Below, in pieces: positions 39,453 through 50,536 of a DNA stretch of 64,000 bases (position 1 is the first letter of the stretch; each line of letters starts with the position of its first letter). The notes beneath the pieces are model-generated. The model had not been told where the DNA came from, searched no databases, and worked only from the letters and a program-made list of their open reading frames with translations. The DNA is from Anaerolineae bacterium (GTDB taxonomy: Bacteria > Chloroflexota > Anaerolineae > B4-G1 > SLSP01). The position numbers were made by a program, and so were the translations under genes. Where the stretch lies: NCBI GenBank assembly GCA_034437215.1, contig DAOTVC010000079.1:17845-81844 (forward strand), written 5' to 3'.

Positions 39453-40811
39453 ATGACGCGAGATATTCTTAAATCCAACCTCGAGCCGGCCGAGAAGGCT
39501 TTTCTGGTGGGAGTTGACTGGAAGGACACGCCCCAGGGCAACTTCATGCCTGAAGCCTGGGCGGCCGAGGAGTCGTTGCGGGAGTTAGCGCGGCTGGCCG
39601 ATACCGCCGGCCTGGAGGTCGTAGGGCGAGCGATTCAATCCTTGGATCGCCCCCGGGCCGGTACCTTTATCGGACGGGGCAAGGCCGAGGAGATTGCCGA
39701 CGAGGTCCGCCGGTTGGACGCCGACGTCGTGATCTTTGACGATGAGCTCAACCCCCGTCACCAGCGTGATCTGGAAGCCATCTTCGGGGGTCAGACAAAG
39801 GTGATGGATCGCACGGGCTTGATCCTGGATATCTTCGCCCAGCACGCCGAGACCCGGGAGGGCACGCTGCAGGTGGAGCTGGCCCAGTACCAGTACCGCC
39901 TGCCCCGCCTCACGCAGACGTGGACAGACCGGGCCCTGACCCGCCAGGCCGGTGGGCGGGCGGGGGGCGCGACGGGCGGCGTCGGCTTGCGCGGTCCCGG
40001 TGAGACGCGTCTGGAGATGGACCGCCAGATCATCCGCAAGCGCATCGCGCAGATCCGGCGGGAGCTGGAAAACGTCAGCGCCCATCGAGCGCGCCACCGC
40101 GCGCAGCGCCGCCGCAGCGGCCTGCCCACCGTGGCTCTCGTCGGTTACACCAATGCCGGGAAGTCGACGTTGCTCAACGCTCTGAGCGATTCCGACATCT
40201 ACGTGGCCAACCAGCTCTTCGCGACTCTCGATCCCACGACTCGCCGCGTGGAGCTGCCCGGCGGCACGGTCATTCTGGTGACCGATACGGTGGGCTTCAT
40301 TCAGAAGCTGCCCACCGAGCTCGTTGCGGCCTTTCGCGCTACCCTCGAGGAGGTCACCGAGGCCGATCTACTCCTGCACGTCATTGACATCAGCCATCCC
40401 CGCGCTCTGGAGCAGGCCCGAGCGGTCTACGAGGCCCTGCAGGACATCGGCGCCGGGGACCTGCCCATCGTTACCGTGCTGAACAAGATCGATCGCCTCA
40501 ACGACCCCGTCGCGGCTTGTGGCTCTCTCTGTGATCTGCCGGATAGCGTCGCCATCTCGGCCCGGACTCGCAACGGGTTGCCGGAGCTCCTCGCCCAGAT
40601 CGAGGAGGTGTTGGAGGAGGAGATGGTGTCGGTTGAGGTGCTGGTGCCCTTCGAGCGCGGTGATCTGGTCAGCCTCTTCCACGAACGGGGGCTCATCGAC
40701 AGCGAGGAGCACAACGCCCAAGGTACGCAGATTCGGGGGCGGCTGCCCTACGAGCTGGAGCCTCACTTCGCCGAGTTCGAGGTGGCGCGCCCGGGCGCAC
40801 AGCCTGAGTAG
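39453..40811 (+). CDS. hflX: GTPase HflX
   Basis: ILDIFAQHA, QVELAQ, GPGET, GYTNAGKST, LFATLDPT, DTVGFI, NKID. Confidence 0.97.
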   Translation: MTRDILKSNLEPAEKAFLVGVDWKDTPQGNFMPEAWAAEESLRELARLADTAGLEVVGRAIQSLDRPRAGTFIGRGKAEEIADEVRRLDADVVIFDDELNPRHQRDLEAIFGGQTKVMDRTGLILDIFAQHAETREGTLQVELAQYQYRLPRLTQTWTDRALTRQAGGRAGGATGGVGLRGPGETRLEMDRQIIRKRIAQIRRELENVSAHRARHRAQRRRSGLPTVALVGYTNAGKSTLLNALSDSDIYVANQLFATLDPTTRRVELPGGTVILVTDTVGFIQKLPTELVAAFRATLEEVTEADLLLHVIDISHPRALEQARAVYEALQDIGAGDLPIVTVLNKIDRLNDPVAACGSLCDLPDSVAISARTRNGLPELLAQIEEVLEEEMVSVEVLVPFERGDLVSLFHERGLIDSEEHNAQGTQIRGRLPYELEPHFAEFEVARPGAQPE

Positions 40812-40819
40812 GAAGCGGT

Positions 40820-41425
40820 ATGTCACATTGGCGGCAACAGCAGCACCAGGATAAGTATTTCAAACAGGCCAAGGCGGAGGGCTACCGGGCCCGCTCGGCT
40901 TACAAGCTGCTCCAGATCCAGGACAAGTTCAACCTCATCCACAAGGGGGACGTCGTCGTGGACCTCGGCGCGGCACCCGGTTCGTGGTCGCAGGTGGCGG
41001 CCCGTCTCGTGGGGAAGAAGGGGCGGGTGGTCGCCCTCGACCTCCAGCCCCTGGAGCCCATCCCGGGCGTCACCATCCTTCAAGGTGATATGACCGAGCT
41101 CGCGGTGCAGGACGCGATCATCGAAAGTGTCGGCGGGCGGGCCGACGTCGTCCTCAGCGATGCAGCGCCTTTCACCACCGGTGTCAAACTGCGCGATCAT
41201 GTCCTCTCCATGGAGCTGGCGCGTGCCGCGCTGGTCGTGGCACAGGAGCTCCTGCGCCACGGCGGCAGCTTCGTCGTCAAGCTCTTCGAGGGCGAGGATC
41301 TCCCGGGCGTCATCCACGACGTGAAGATGGCCTTCCATCCCGTGAAGGTGCACAAGCCCTCCGCCAGCCGCAAGGAGAGTTGGGAGCAGTTCATCGTCGC
41401 CCGCGGCTACAAGGGAAACAGATAA
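40820..41425 (+). CDS. rlmE: 23S rRNA Um2552 methyltransferase RlmE
   Basis: YRARSAYKL, DLGAAPGSW, VLSDAAP, VKLFEG, SRKES.E. Confidence 0.95.
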   Translation: MSHWRQQQHQDKYFKQAKAEGYRARSAYKLLQIQDKFNLIHKGDVVVDLGAAPGSWSQVAARLVGKKGRVVALDLQPLEPIPGVTILQGDMTELAVQDAIIESVGGRADVVLSDAAPFTTGVKLRDHVLSMELARAALVVAQELLRHGGSFVVKLFEGEDLPGVIHDVKMAFHPVKVHKPSASRKESWEQFIVARGYKGNR

Positions 41426-41501
41426 TTAGCTAGATTGGAGGCGAGCGCATGCTCGCTCATCGCATTCCATCTCTGCCAACAGTCCATGAGACACGCGCGC
41501 C

Positions 41502-44228
41502 GTGATTCCTGAAGCGCTACACCTACGGAACTTTCTTTCGCACGTCTCCACCGATCTCGATCTGCGGGGCGTGCACCTGGCTTGTCTCGTCGGCGCGAAC
41601 GGAGCGGGGAAGTCCTCTCTGCTCGATGCCATCACCTGGGTAGCCTGGGGGCGCTCCCGAGCCTCCTACGGTCACGACGAGGACCTCATCTACCACGGTG
41701 AACGGGAGCTGGAGGTGGAGTACGTCTTCCGCATGCCCTACCAGGGGGGTCAGGAGCGCCGCTTCCGCATTCTGCGACGCCGGGAGCTGCGGGGCCGGCG
41801 TTCTACCACCTCCGTGCTCGACTTCCAGATCCAGGGGGACGGTGGTTGGCGTTCGCTCAACGGCAACACGATGCGCGAGACGCAGAATCGCATCAGCGAG
41901 TACATCGGCCTCGACTACGATACCTTCGTCAACTCTGCCTACCTCCGGCAGGGGCATGCCGACGAATTCACCGTGCAGACGCCCACCGAGCGCAAGCGGG
42001 TGCTCAGCGCCATTCTCGGTCTGGAGCGCTGGGATGAGTACCTCGACCGGGTGAAGCAGCGGCTGGCGGAGACCCAGGGGGAGTTGGACGGCCTGGACCG
42101 CCGGCTGGAGGAGATCGAGGCTGAGTTGGCGCGGCGCGCGGCGTACCAAGCGACCCTGAAGAGTGCCGAGGATGAGTCTGCCGCGGCGGCCCTCGCTCTG
42201 GAGAAGATCCAGGCGCGGGTCAACGACCTGACCCGGCTGCAGGAACAGGCGCGCTCCATCCAACGCCAGATTGAGGACTTCGAGAGGCGGGTGGGTGAGG
42301 AGGAGGAGCGCCTTGCGGCGCTGCAACGCGAGGAGGTGGAGCACCGGCAGCGGCGGGACGACTACCGGGCGCGCATCGGGGCCGCGGAGGAGATCGAGAC
42401 GCGCTACCGGGCCTATCAGCAGGCGCTCCAGGAGGAGCGCAGCTGGGGCGAGAAGCTGGGACAGGCCGCTCGCCTGCAGGAGGAGAAGGCCAAGTGGGAG
42501 CGAACCATCGCTGGGGCCGCCGAGGCTCTCCGGGAGACGCTCCGCAAGCGCGAGCAGGGGGCGCAGCGCCTGGAGCGGGCGCTCGATGGCCTGCGCGCTC
42601 AGATCGAGCAGCAGGTGGGTGATCTGCAGGGGCGTATCCAGACGTTGCAGGAGCGTCTCTTGGGCAAGGAACGCAGCGCCGAGCTGGAGGAGGTCGAGGG
42701 GCGGTTGGCCTACCTGGGACAGATGGAGGAGGTGCTGGAGCAGGCTCGCAGCGACCTGCAGGAGAACAGCGTCGAGCGCAGTCGTCTCCGGGAGCGCAAC
42801 CGGCAGCTGAAGGCGCTCATGGACGACACGAAGAAGAACCTCGACGACTTGGCGGAGTCCGAGGCCAGCTGCCCTCTCTGTCGTCAGCCCCTCTCCCCGG
42901 AGCACCATGAACGTCTTCTGGAGGAGATCGAGAGCGAGGGGCGGGCGATGGGGGACGAATTTCGCGCTAACCAGCTCCGCCTGCGGGATCTGCAGGAGCT
43001 GGACGGCTCCCTCACCGGTCAGATCCGGGAGCAGGAGCGCCTCTTGCTCGAGCGCCCCATCGTCGAGGCCAAGATCGCACGTCTGCGCCAACAGCAGGAG
43101 CAGGCGGAGGAGGCCTCGGAGCGCATCACGGCTCTGCAGGAGGAGGTCGCTGCGCTGCAGGAGCGGTTGGCGCAGGAGACCTACGGTGCCGAAGAGCGAG
43201 CGCAGCTTATCCAATTGCGTAAGGAGCTCGTCGCGTTGCAGGCGCAGCTCGAGAGGCAGGACTTCGCCGCCGACGCGCGAGCTGCCCTGGACGTCGTGTT
43301 GGAGGAGTTGCGGGAGCTGGGTTACGACGCCGCGGCCCACGAGGCTTTGAAGGCGCGGGTGCGGGCGCTGGCCCCGGCGGAGGCCGACTACCGGGAGTTG
43401 GAGAAGGCCCGGGTCGGCGTGCAGGGGGAGATCGAGGCCCTCAAGCGGGTGGCCCTGGAGGTCACGGCCCAGGAGACGCGCATCTCCCAGCTCGCGCGGC
43501 AGCAGGAGGAGCAGGAGGAGGCCCTGGAGGCTCTGCAGCCTCGTCTGGCGGAGGCGGCAGAGCTGGCGCGGTCGCTTCAGGCGGCACGGACCCGGGAGGC
43601 TGAAGCCCGTCACCGGGTGGGAGCTGCGCGCCAGACACTGGCGGCGCTCGACACCCAGGAGCGGCGGCTCAAGCGCTTCCGCGAGGAGCGGAAGGGGCTC
43701 GCCGACAAGATCACTCTCTACGGTGACCTCAAGGAGGCCTTCGGCGTCAACGGTATCCCGGCCATGATCATCGAGCACACGTTGCCCGAGCTGGAGCGGG
43801 AGGCCAACCGCATCCTCGAGCAGCTCACCAACGGGCGGATGCACGTCCGCTTCGAGACCCAGAAGGAGACCAAGGCCGGGGACGTTCGAGAGACGCTGGA
43901 CATCATTATCAGCGACGAACAGGGGACCCGGCCTTACGAGAACTTCTCGGGTGGCGAGCAATTTCGCGTCAACTTCGCCATCCGGGTGGCCCTCTCGCGC
44001 CTTCTGGCCCGGCGAGCAGGGGTGCAGCTGCGCTCCCTCTTCGTCGATGAGGGCTTCGGCACCCTGGACGCTGACGGTCGGCGCCGTCTGGTGGAGGCCG
44101 TGAAGGCCGTGCAGGACGACTTCAACCTGATCCTCGTCATCACTCACATTGAAGAGCTTCAGGACGCCTTCCCTGTGCGCATCCAGGTCACCAAGAACGA
44201 TCTGGGGTCGCAGGTAGCGGTGATCTGA
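41502..44228 (+). CDS. sbcC: SbcC/Rad50-like SMC ATPase
   Basis: [10 protein letters not shown]-loop YLRQG, long coiled coil, zinc hook [19 protein letters not shown]. Confidence 0.9.
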   Translation: MIPEALHLRNFLSHVSTDLDLRGVHLACLVGANGAGKSSLLDAITWVAWGRSRASYGHDEDLIYHGERELEVEYVFRMPYQGGQERRFRILRRRELRGRRSTTSVLDFQIQGDGGWRSLNGNTMRETQNRISEYIGLDYDTFVNSAYLRQGHADEFTVQTPTERKRVLSAILGLERWDEYLDRVKQRLAETQGELDGLDRRLEEIEAELARRAAYQATLKSAEDESAAAALALEKIQARVNDLTRLQEQARSIQRQIEDFERRVGEEEERLAALQREEVEHRQRRDDYRARIGAAEEIETRYRAYQQALQEERSWGEKLGQAARLQEEKAKWERTIAGAAEALRETLRKREQGAQRLERALDGLRAQIEQQVGDLQGRIQTLQERLLGKERSAELEEVEGRLAYLGQMEEVLEQARSDLQENSVERSRLRERNRQLKALMDDTKKNLDDLAESEASCPLCRQPLSPEHHERLLEEIESEGRAMGDEFRANQLRLRDLQELDGSLTGQIREQERLLLERPIVEAKIARLRQQQEQAEEASERITALQEEVAALQERLAQETYGAEERAQLIQLRKELVALQAQLERQDFAADARAALDVVLEELRELGYDAAAHEALKARVRALAPAEADYRELEKARVGVQGEIEALKRVALEVTAQETRISQLARQQEEQEEALEALQPRLAEAAELARSLQAARTREAEARHRVGAARQTLAALDTQERRLKRFREERKGLADKITLYGDLKEAFGVNGIPAMIIEHTLPELEREANRILEQLTNGRMHVRFETQKETKAGDVRETLDIIISDEQGTRPYENFSGGEQFRVNFAIRVALSRLLARRAGVQLRSLFVDEGFGTLDADGRRRLVEAVKAVQDDFNLILVITHIEELQDAFPVRIQVTKNDLGSQVAVI

Positions 44229-44340
44229 GCGTCTTCGGCTGAGGCGCAAAACCGTTCTTGGGTGGTTCACCCTCCCGGCGGGCGAAGATGACTATCCGAC
44301 TAGGCGCCTGATGACCAAGCGATCATTTGAGGAGGTAGCC

Positions 44341-44793
44341 ATGTGGAAGGACTTCAAAGAGTTTGCCATGAAGGGCAACGTCGTCGATCTCGCCGTGGGT
44401 ATCATCATCGGTGCGGCCTTCAACAGCATCGTCAACTCCCTCGTCGAGGACATCATCATGCCGCCCATCGGGCTGCTGCTGCAGGGGGTGGATTTCACCA
44501 ACCTCTTTATCGATCTCTCGGGGGAGGGGTACGGGACGCTGGCGGCGGCGCGCGAGGCAGGCGCGGCAACCATCAACTACGGCATCTTCATCAACAACGT
44601 GCTGAATTTCCTGATCATAGCCTTGGTCGTCTACCTGCTCGTCACCTGGGTCAATCGGGTGCGCCGCGGTGAGGAGGAGGCCCCCGCAGAGCCCACGACG
44701 AAGGAGTGTCCCGTCTGCTTCACCGTCATCCCCATCAAGGCGCATCGCTGCCCCAACTGCACATCGGAGCTGGTGGAGGCGCCCGCCGCGTAG
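44341..44793 (+). CDS. mscL: Large-conductance mechanosensitive channel with C-terminal CxxC/CxxC extension
   Basis: [25 protein letters not shown]; CPVC...CPNC tail. Confidence 0.95.
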   Translation: MWKDFKEFAMKGNVVDLAVGIIIGAAFNSIVNSLVEDIIMPPIGLLLQGVDFTNLFIDLSGEGYGTLAAAREAGAATINYGIFINNVLNFLIIALVVYLLVTWVNRVRRGEEEAPAEPTTKECPVCFTVIPIKAHRCPNCTSELVEAPAA

Positions 44794-44814
44794 CGAAGCA
44801 CCTTTTGGTCGACA

Positions 44815-44843
44815 GACGCCCCCGGGAGCCCCCCGGGGGCGTT
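44815..44843. terminator. Hairpin between convergent mscL and PhzF-family genes
   Basis: ACGCCCCCGGG-AGCCC-CCCGGGGGCGT. Confidence 0.6.
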
Positions 44844-44884
44844 CTGCTCTCCATCCTTGACCGGCTACGTTCGGCCTACTCCCT

Positions 44885-45730
44885 TCACTCGGGCAGCTGC
44901 AGCTCACCGCGCACGACGACCACCGCTTTGCCGCCGATGGACACGCGCCCCCCGTCCAGAAGCGCGACGTGGAGCTCTCCGCCCCGTGCCGAGGCCTGGT
45001 AGGCCAACATTTCCTGCCGACCGAGCAGCTGTCCCCAGTACGGACCGAGGACGGTGTGGGCGGAGCCCGTGACGGGGTCCTCCTCGATGCCCACCCAAGG
45101 GGCGAAGTAGCGGGAGATGAAGTCGTAGGGTGGCTCGCTGCGAGCGGTGACGATGGCGCCGTGGATCTCGGTCTGGTCGGTCAGCGCCAGAACGCGAGCG
45201 AAGTCGGGCTCCAAGGCTTGTACATCGTCGGCGCTCTCCAGGTGGATGAGGAGATTGTTCGTCTGCGGCGCGTAGTACACCGCCTCCACCTCGTAGTCCT
45301 GCAGCAGGTCCCGAATGCGATCGGGCGACTTGTAGGGGTGGGGTGGATCGGCGGGAAAGTTCAGAGCGATCCCCGTCTCACTGCGGCGGGCGGTGAGGGT
45401 GCCGCTCAACGTCTCGAAGTGGAGGGTGTCCGTCGCCACACCCACCTCGCGGAAAAGGACCGCCGCCGTCGCCAAGGTGCCGTGGCCGCAGAGGCGCACC
45501 TCGACCTGGGGGGTGAACCAGCGGAGGGCGAAGGTGTTCGCGTCCTGCCACGTCTCTTGCTGGAGGGGGTGGACGAAGGCCGTCTCGGAGAGATTCATCT
45601 CCGCGGCGATGGCCCGCAGCGTCTCCCCGGGGAGGGGGCTCTCCAGGAGGCAGACGGCCGCCGGATTGCCCCTGAAGGGCTCGCTGGTGAAAGCGTCTAC
45701 TTGGTATAGGGGAAGGGTTCGATGGCTCAT
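44885..45730 (-). CDS. PhzF family epimerase/isomerase-like protein
   Basis: VDAFT..PF.GNPA, EMNLSET, RWFTP, LCGHGTLA, EDPVTGSAH. Confidence 0.93.
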   Translation of the reverse strand: MSHRTLPLYQVDAFTSEPFRGNPAAVCLLESPLPGETLRAIAAEMNLSETAFVHPLQQETWQDANTFALRWFTPQVEVRLCGHGTLATAAVLFREVGVATDTLHFETLSGTLTARRSETGIALNFPADPPHPYKSPDRIRDLLQDYEVEAVYYAPQTNNLLIHLESADDVQALEPDFARVLALTDQTEIHGAIVTARSEPPYDFISRYFAPWVGIEEDPVTGSAHTVLGPYWGQLLGRQEMLAYQASARGGELHVALLDGGRVSIGGKAVVVVRGELQLPE

Positions 45731-45827
45731 ATTCCTCCTCTAAAGGCAAGTTAAAGGTTTGAACGTTGAAAGGGGAAAGTTAGTTTTAGCTTTCGGGCTG
45801 GATTATGGGCACAAGCAGCACAACTTT

Positions 45828-45877
45828 CCCTGATTCCTGATTCGTGATTCCTGATTCGTAATTCCTGATTCGTGATT
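45828..45877. repeat. Heptamer tandem repeat (ATTCCTG/ATTCGTG)
   Basis: ATTCCTG ATTCGTG ATTCCTG ATTCGTA ATTCCTG ATTCGTG. Confidence 0.85.
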
Positions 45878-45893
45878 AATGCCCCTCCTCTTC

Positions 45894-47132
45894 TCAACGA
45901 CTGAAGAGTGCCACGTTCTCGATGTGGTAGGTCTGGGGGAACATGTCCACCGGTTGGACCCACTCCAGTGTGTAGCCGTAGCGCACCAATCGGCGGGCGT
46001 CGCGGGCCAGGGTCGCCGGGTCGCAGGAGACGTAGGCGATGCGCCTGGGCTTCATGGCGGCGAGAGCGTCCAGGGCCTCCTTCTCCAGCCCTCCGCGTGG
46101 GGGATCGAGGACGGCGGCGTCCACGTCGTGTTCGACCTCGTCGAGCGCCTCTTCGACGAGGTCGGCGATGAAGGTGACGTTGTCGGCCTCCGCCAGATTG
46201 TGTTCCGCGTCGTCGACGGCGTCGGGGTTGAGTTCGATGCCGGTGACGTAACCTGCCTCCTCGGCGAGGAAGGCGGTGAAGAGGCCGATGCCGCTGTAAA
46301 GATCCACCACCTTCTCGTAGCCCTTCAGATCCAGCGCCTCCAGGACGACGTCGACGAGGACTTCGGCCTGGGCCGTGTTCACCTGGTAGAAGCTCGTCGC
46401 GGAGATGCGGAAGCTCCGCTCCTTGAAGACCTCCTGGATGTAGTCGAGCCCGATGAGGGGGGAGCTGGCGGTATCGTGCGTGACCTGGACCACCGAGAGG
46501 GGGAAGTCCGCCTCGAGGGAGGACGGCTCTTCGTCGTAGGTCTGCATCACGACCATCATGTCGCCGGTACGCGTGCCCACCCGGAGCTCCATCTGTTCCA
46601 CGTCGGGTTGGTGCATGTCGAGGGCTTGGTAGAGTTGGCTCTGTAGAGGATGGCTGATGAGGCAGAAGTCGATGGGGACGACCCGGTGGCTGTTGGCCGC
46701 GAGGAAGCCCGGATGGCCTTCGTCGGTGGTGCGGTAGCGGGAGTGGTTGCGGTACTCCCAGCCCGTCTCGTCGGGCAGGGGCTCCAGGACCGGAGGTTCC
46801 TCAAACTTGCCGATACGCTGAAACTGATCTACGACGACGAGCCCCTTCAGCCGGGCCTGCACGCCGTAGGCGATATGCTGTAATTGGCAGCCCCCGCACT
46901 TATCGGGTCCGAAGTAGGGGCAGGGTGGGTCTACGCGTGAGGGCGAGGGCTCCACCACCTCCAGGAGGCGGGCGCGAGCGTAGCGCTTCTCGTCCTCCAC
47001 CACCTCGACACGAATTCTCTCTCCGGGAATGGCGTAAGGTACGAAGACCACCTTCCCTGCGTGACGTCCGATAGCCTCCCCCCCGTGGGAGAGGGCGAAG
47101 GGCTGCAGTTCAAAGGTTTCCCCCATGGTCAT
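45894..47132 (-). CDS. RlmD/TrmA family RNA (uracil-5)-methyltransferase with TRAM domain
   Basis: TRAM N-terminus, CxxxxxxxCGGC cluster site, SFYQVN, DLYSG.G, DPPR.G, YVSCDP.TLARD, DMFPQT. Confidence 0.92.
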   Translation of the reverse strand: MTMGETFELQPFALSHGGEAIGRHAGKVVFVPYAIPGERIRVEVVEDEKRYARARLLEVVEPSPSRVDPPCPYFGPDKCGGCQLQHIAYGVQARLKGLVVVDQFQRIGKFEEPPVLEPLPDETGWEYRNHSRYRTTDEGHPGFLAANSHRVVPIDFCLISHPLQSQLYQALDMHQPDVEQMELRVGTRTGDMMVVMQTYDEEPSSLEADFPLSVVQVTHDTASSPLIGLDYIQEVFKERSFRISATSFYQVNTAQAEVLVDVVLEALDLKGYEKVVDLYSGIGLFTAFLAEEAGYVTGIELNPDAVDDAEHNLAEADNVTFIADLVEEALDEVEHDVDAAVLDPPRGGLEKEALDALAAMKPRRIAYVSCDPATLARDARRLVRYGYTLEWVQPVDMFPQTYHIENVALFSR

Positions 47133-47207
47133 AGTTCTCCTTTCATGCGGCTGTCATATACTGAGAAGTGGGAGTTCCCCCTCCATTATAGCCCGGGTGA
47201 GAAAAAC

Positions 47208-47235
47208 TTGCGAAAATAGCCCTGTGTGGTATACT
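47208..47235 (+). promoter_or_regulatory. sigmaA-type promoter of rpsO
   Basis: TTGCGA-N16-TATACT with TG extension. Confidence 0.65.
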
Positions 47236-47301
47236 CGCCTCGTTAGAGATGGTATTTTGGTTTCTGACGAATTCGGCAGTCTTTGAAAGGAGTTTCTGGC
47301 G

Positions 47302-47568
47302 GTGCTGACTAAGGAAGAAAAGGCTACAATCGTTGAAGAGTACGGTCGCACGCCGGACGACACCGGTTCGCCGGAAGTTCAGGTGGCGATACTGACCAAC
47401 CGTATCAAGATGTTAACGGAACACCTGAAGGTCCACAAGCATGATGAACACTCTCGGCGTGGTCTGCTCAAGTTAGTAGGCCAGCGTCGTCGTCATCTGG
47501 CTTACCTGCAGAAGGTAAGCCCCGAGCGATACCGGCGGTTGATCCAGCGACTTGGCCTACGTAGATAG
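47302..47568 (+). CDS. rpsO: 30S ribosomal protein S15
   Basis: [31 protein letters not shown]. Confidence 0.98.
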   Translation: MLTKEEKATIVEEYGRTPDDTGSPEVQVAILTNRIKMLTEHLKVHKHDEHSRRGLLKLVGQRRRHLAYLQKVSPERYRRLIQRLGLRR

Positions 47569-47589
47569 CAACATTTTGAGCGTTCTCGT

Positions 47590-47630
47590 ACAGACGAGTG
47601 GGTGCGGACTTGTCCCATCCACTCGTTTGT
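47590..47630 (+). terminator. rpsO-pnp intercistronic stem-loop (terminator or processing site)
   Basis: ACAGACGAGTGGG ... TCCACTCGTTTGT inverted repeat. Confidence 0.6.
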
Positions 47631-47777
47631 GCTATATTTATAATAGAAACGTTATTTAGTTAGGTCGGTCTGACGCCTGACGGAAGTGGGAATTGGGGAG
47701 TGGGGTGCACCTGCTGCACAGCAGTTCCCAGTTTCTATCTTCTGGCACGGTAGAACCGACACAGGAGGAAAGTGTAC

Positions 47778-49955
<2,178 letters not shown>

Positions 49956-50045
49956 CCCCTCCCTTTCTCATAAATTCGGAAGCGTGGTGGCCGAGCCGCT
50001 GCGCTTCCGCTCACAATCCATAGACATCAGATATAGGAGGGCAAC

Positions 50046-50219
50046 ATGGCCGAACCGAAGGTCGAGACTTTGGCCGAAACCGACGTGTATGAGGTGTTGA
50101 AGATCCGTGGCGAGGAGGGTGAGACTACTTACCACCTCGAGCTGGGGAACGTCACCCTCCACTTCTTTCCGGAGGAGTGGGAGGAGTTCACGGATCTCAT
50201 GACGCAGGTGATCCGCTAA
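50046..50219 (+). CDS. Small acidic protein, 57 aa (not in ORF track)
   Basis: MAEPKVETLAETDVYEVLKIRGEEGETTYHLELGNVTLHFFPEEWEEFTDLMTQVIR*; AGGAGG SD; terminator follows. Confidence 0.8.
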   Translation: MAEPKVETLAETDVYEVLKIRGEEGETTYHLELGNVTLHFFPEEWEEFTDLMTQVIR

Positions 50220-50247
50220 GAGAATCCGACACCGTATCTGGGGAACG

Positions 50248-50277
50248 AAGCGCGGGAGGGTACCCTTCCGCGCTTTT
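50248..50277 (+). terminator. Terminator after pnp and the small ORF
   Basis: AAGCGCGGGAGGG/CCCTTCCGCGCTT stem followed by TT. Confidence 0.65.
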
Positions 50278-50536
50278 CCCTAATTGGGTGGGAAATGTGC
50301 TATAATAGGGATATTCGGGGGCCAAGGTAAAGTAACGGTGTTGCCGGCGACTTTGTTCTGTTTGAGAAGCTTGGATTTGACAACCCGAGATCGGAAAATA
50401 TGTAGTCTGTTTGAAAACTAATTGGAGGGTAAACGCTGTAGTTTGAGGTCCGGTTCCGATGGAATAGTGGAGAGGTTGGAACCTGAAGATTTGGAAAGGT
50501 CCCCGGACTATTGTGGGAATTAAGAAGGAACCTAAT

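Noticed and set aside
41523-44270. 915-aa antisense ORF opposite sbcC, and similar long shadow ORFs (6469-7896, 25563-26606, 48501-49778)
   Set aside because: They mirror well-supported genes, lack motifs and SDs, and are expected from high-GC codon bias.
45828-45877. CRISPR array
   Set aside because: Units are 7 nt with no spacers, and no cas genes; no CRISPR repeat-spacer pattern found anywhere in the window.
50280-50536. CtsR/CIRCE operator or riboswitch in the long clpC leader
   Set aside because: No GGTCAAA heptad repeats, CIRCE inverted repeat or recognisable aptamer.
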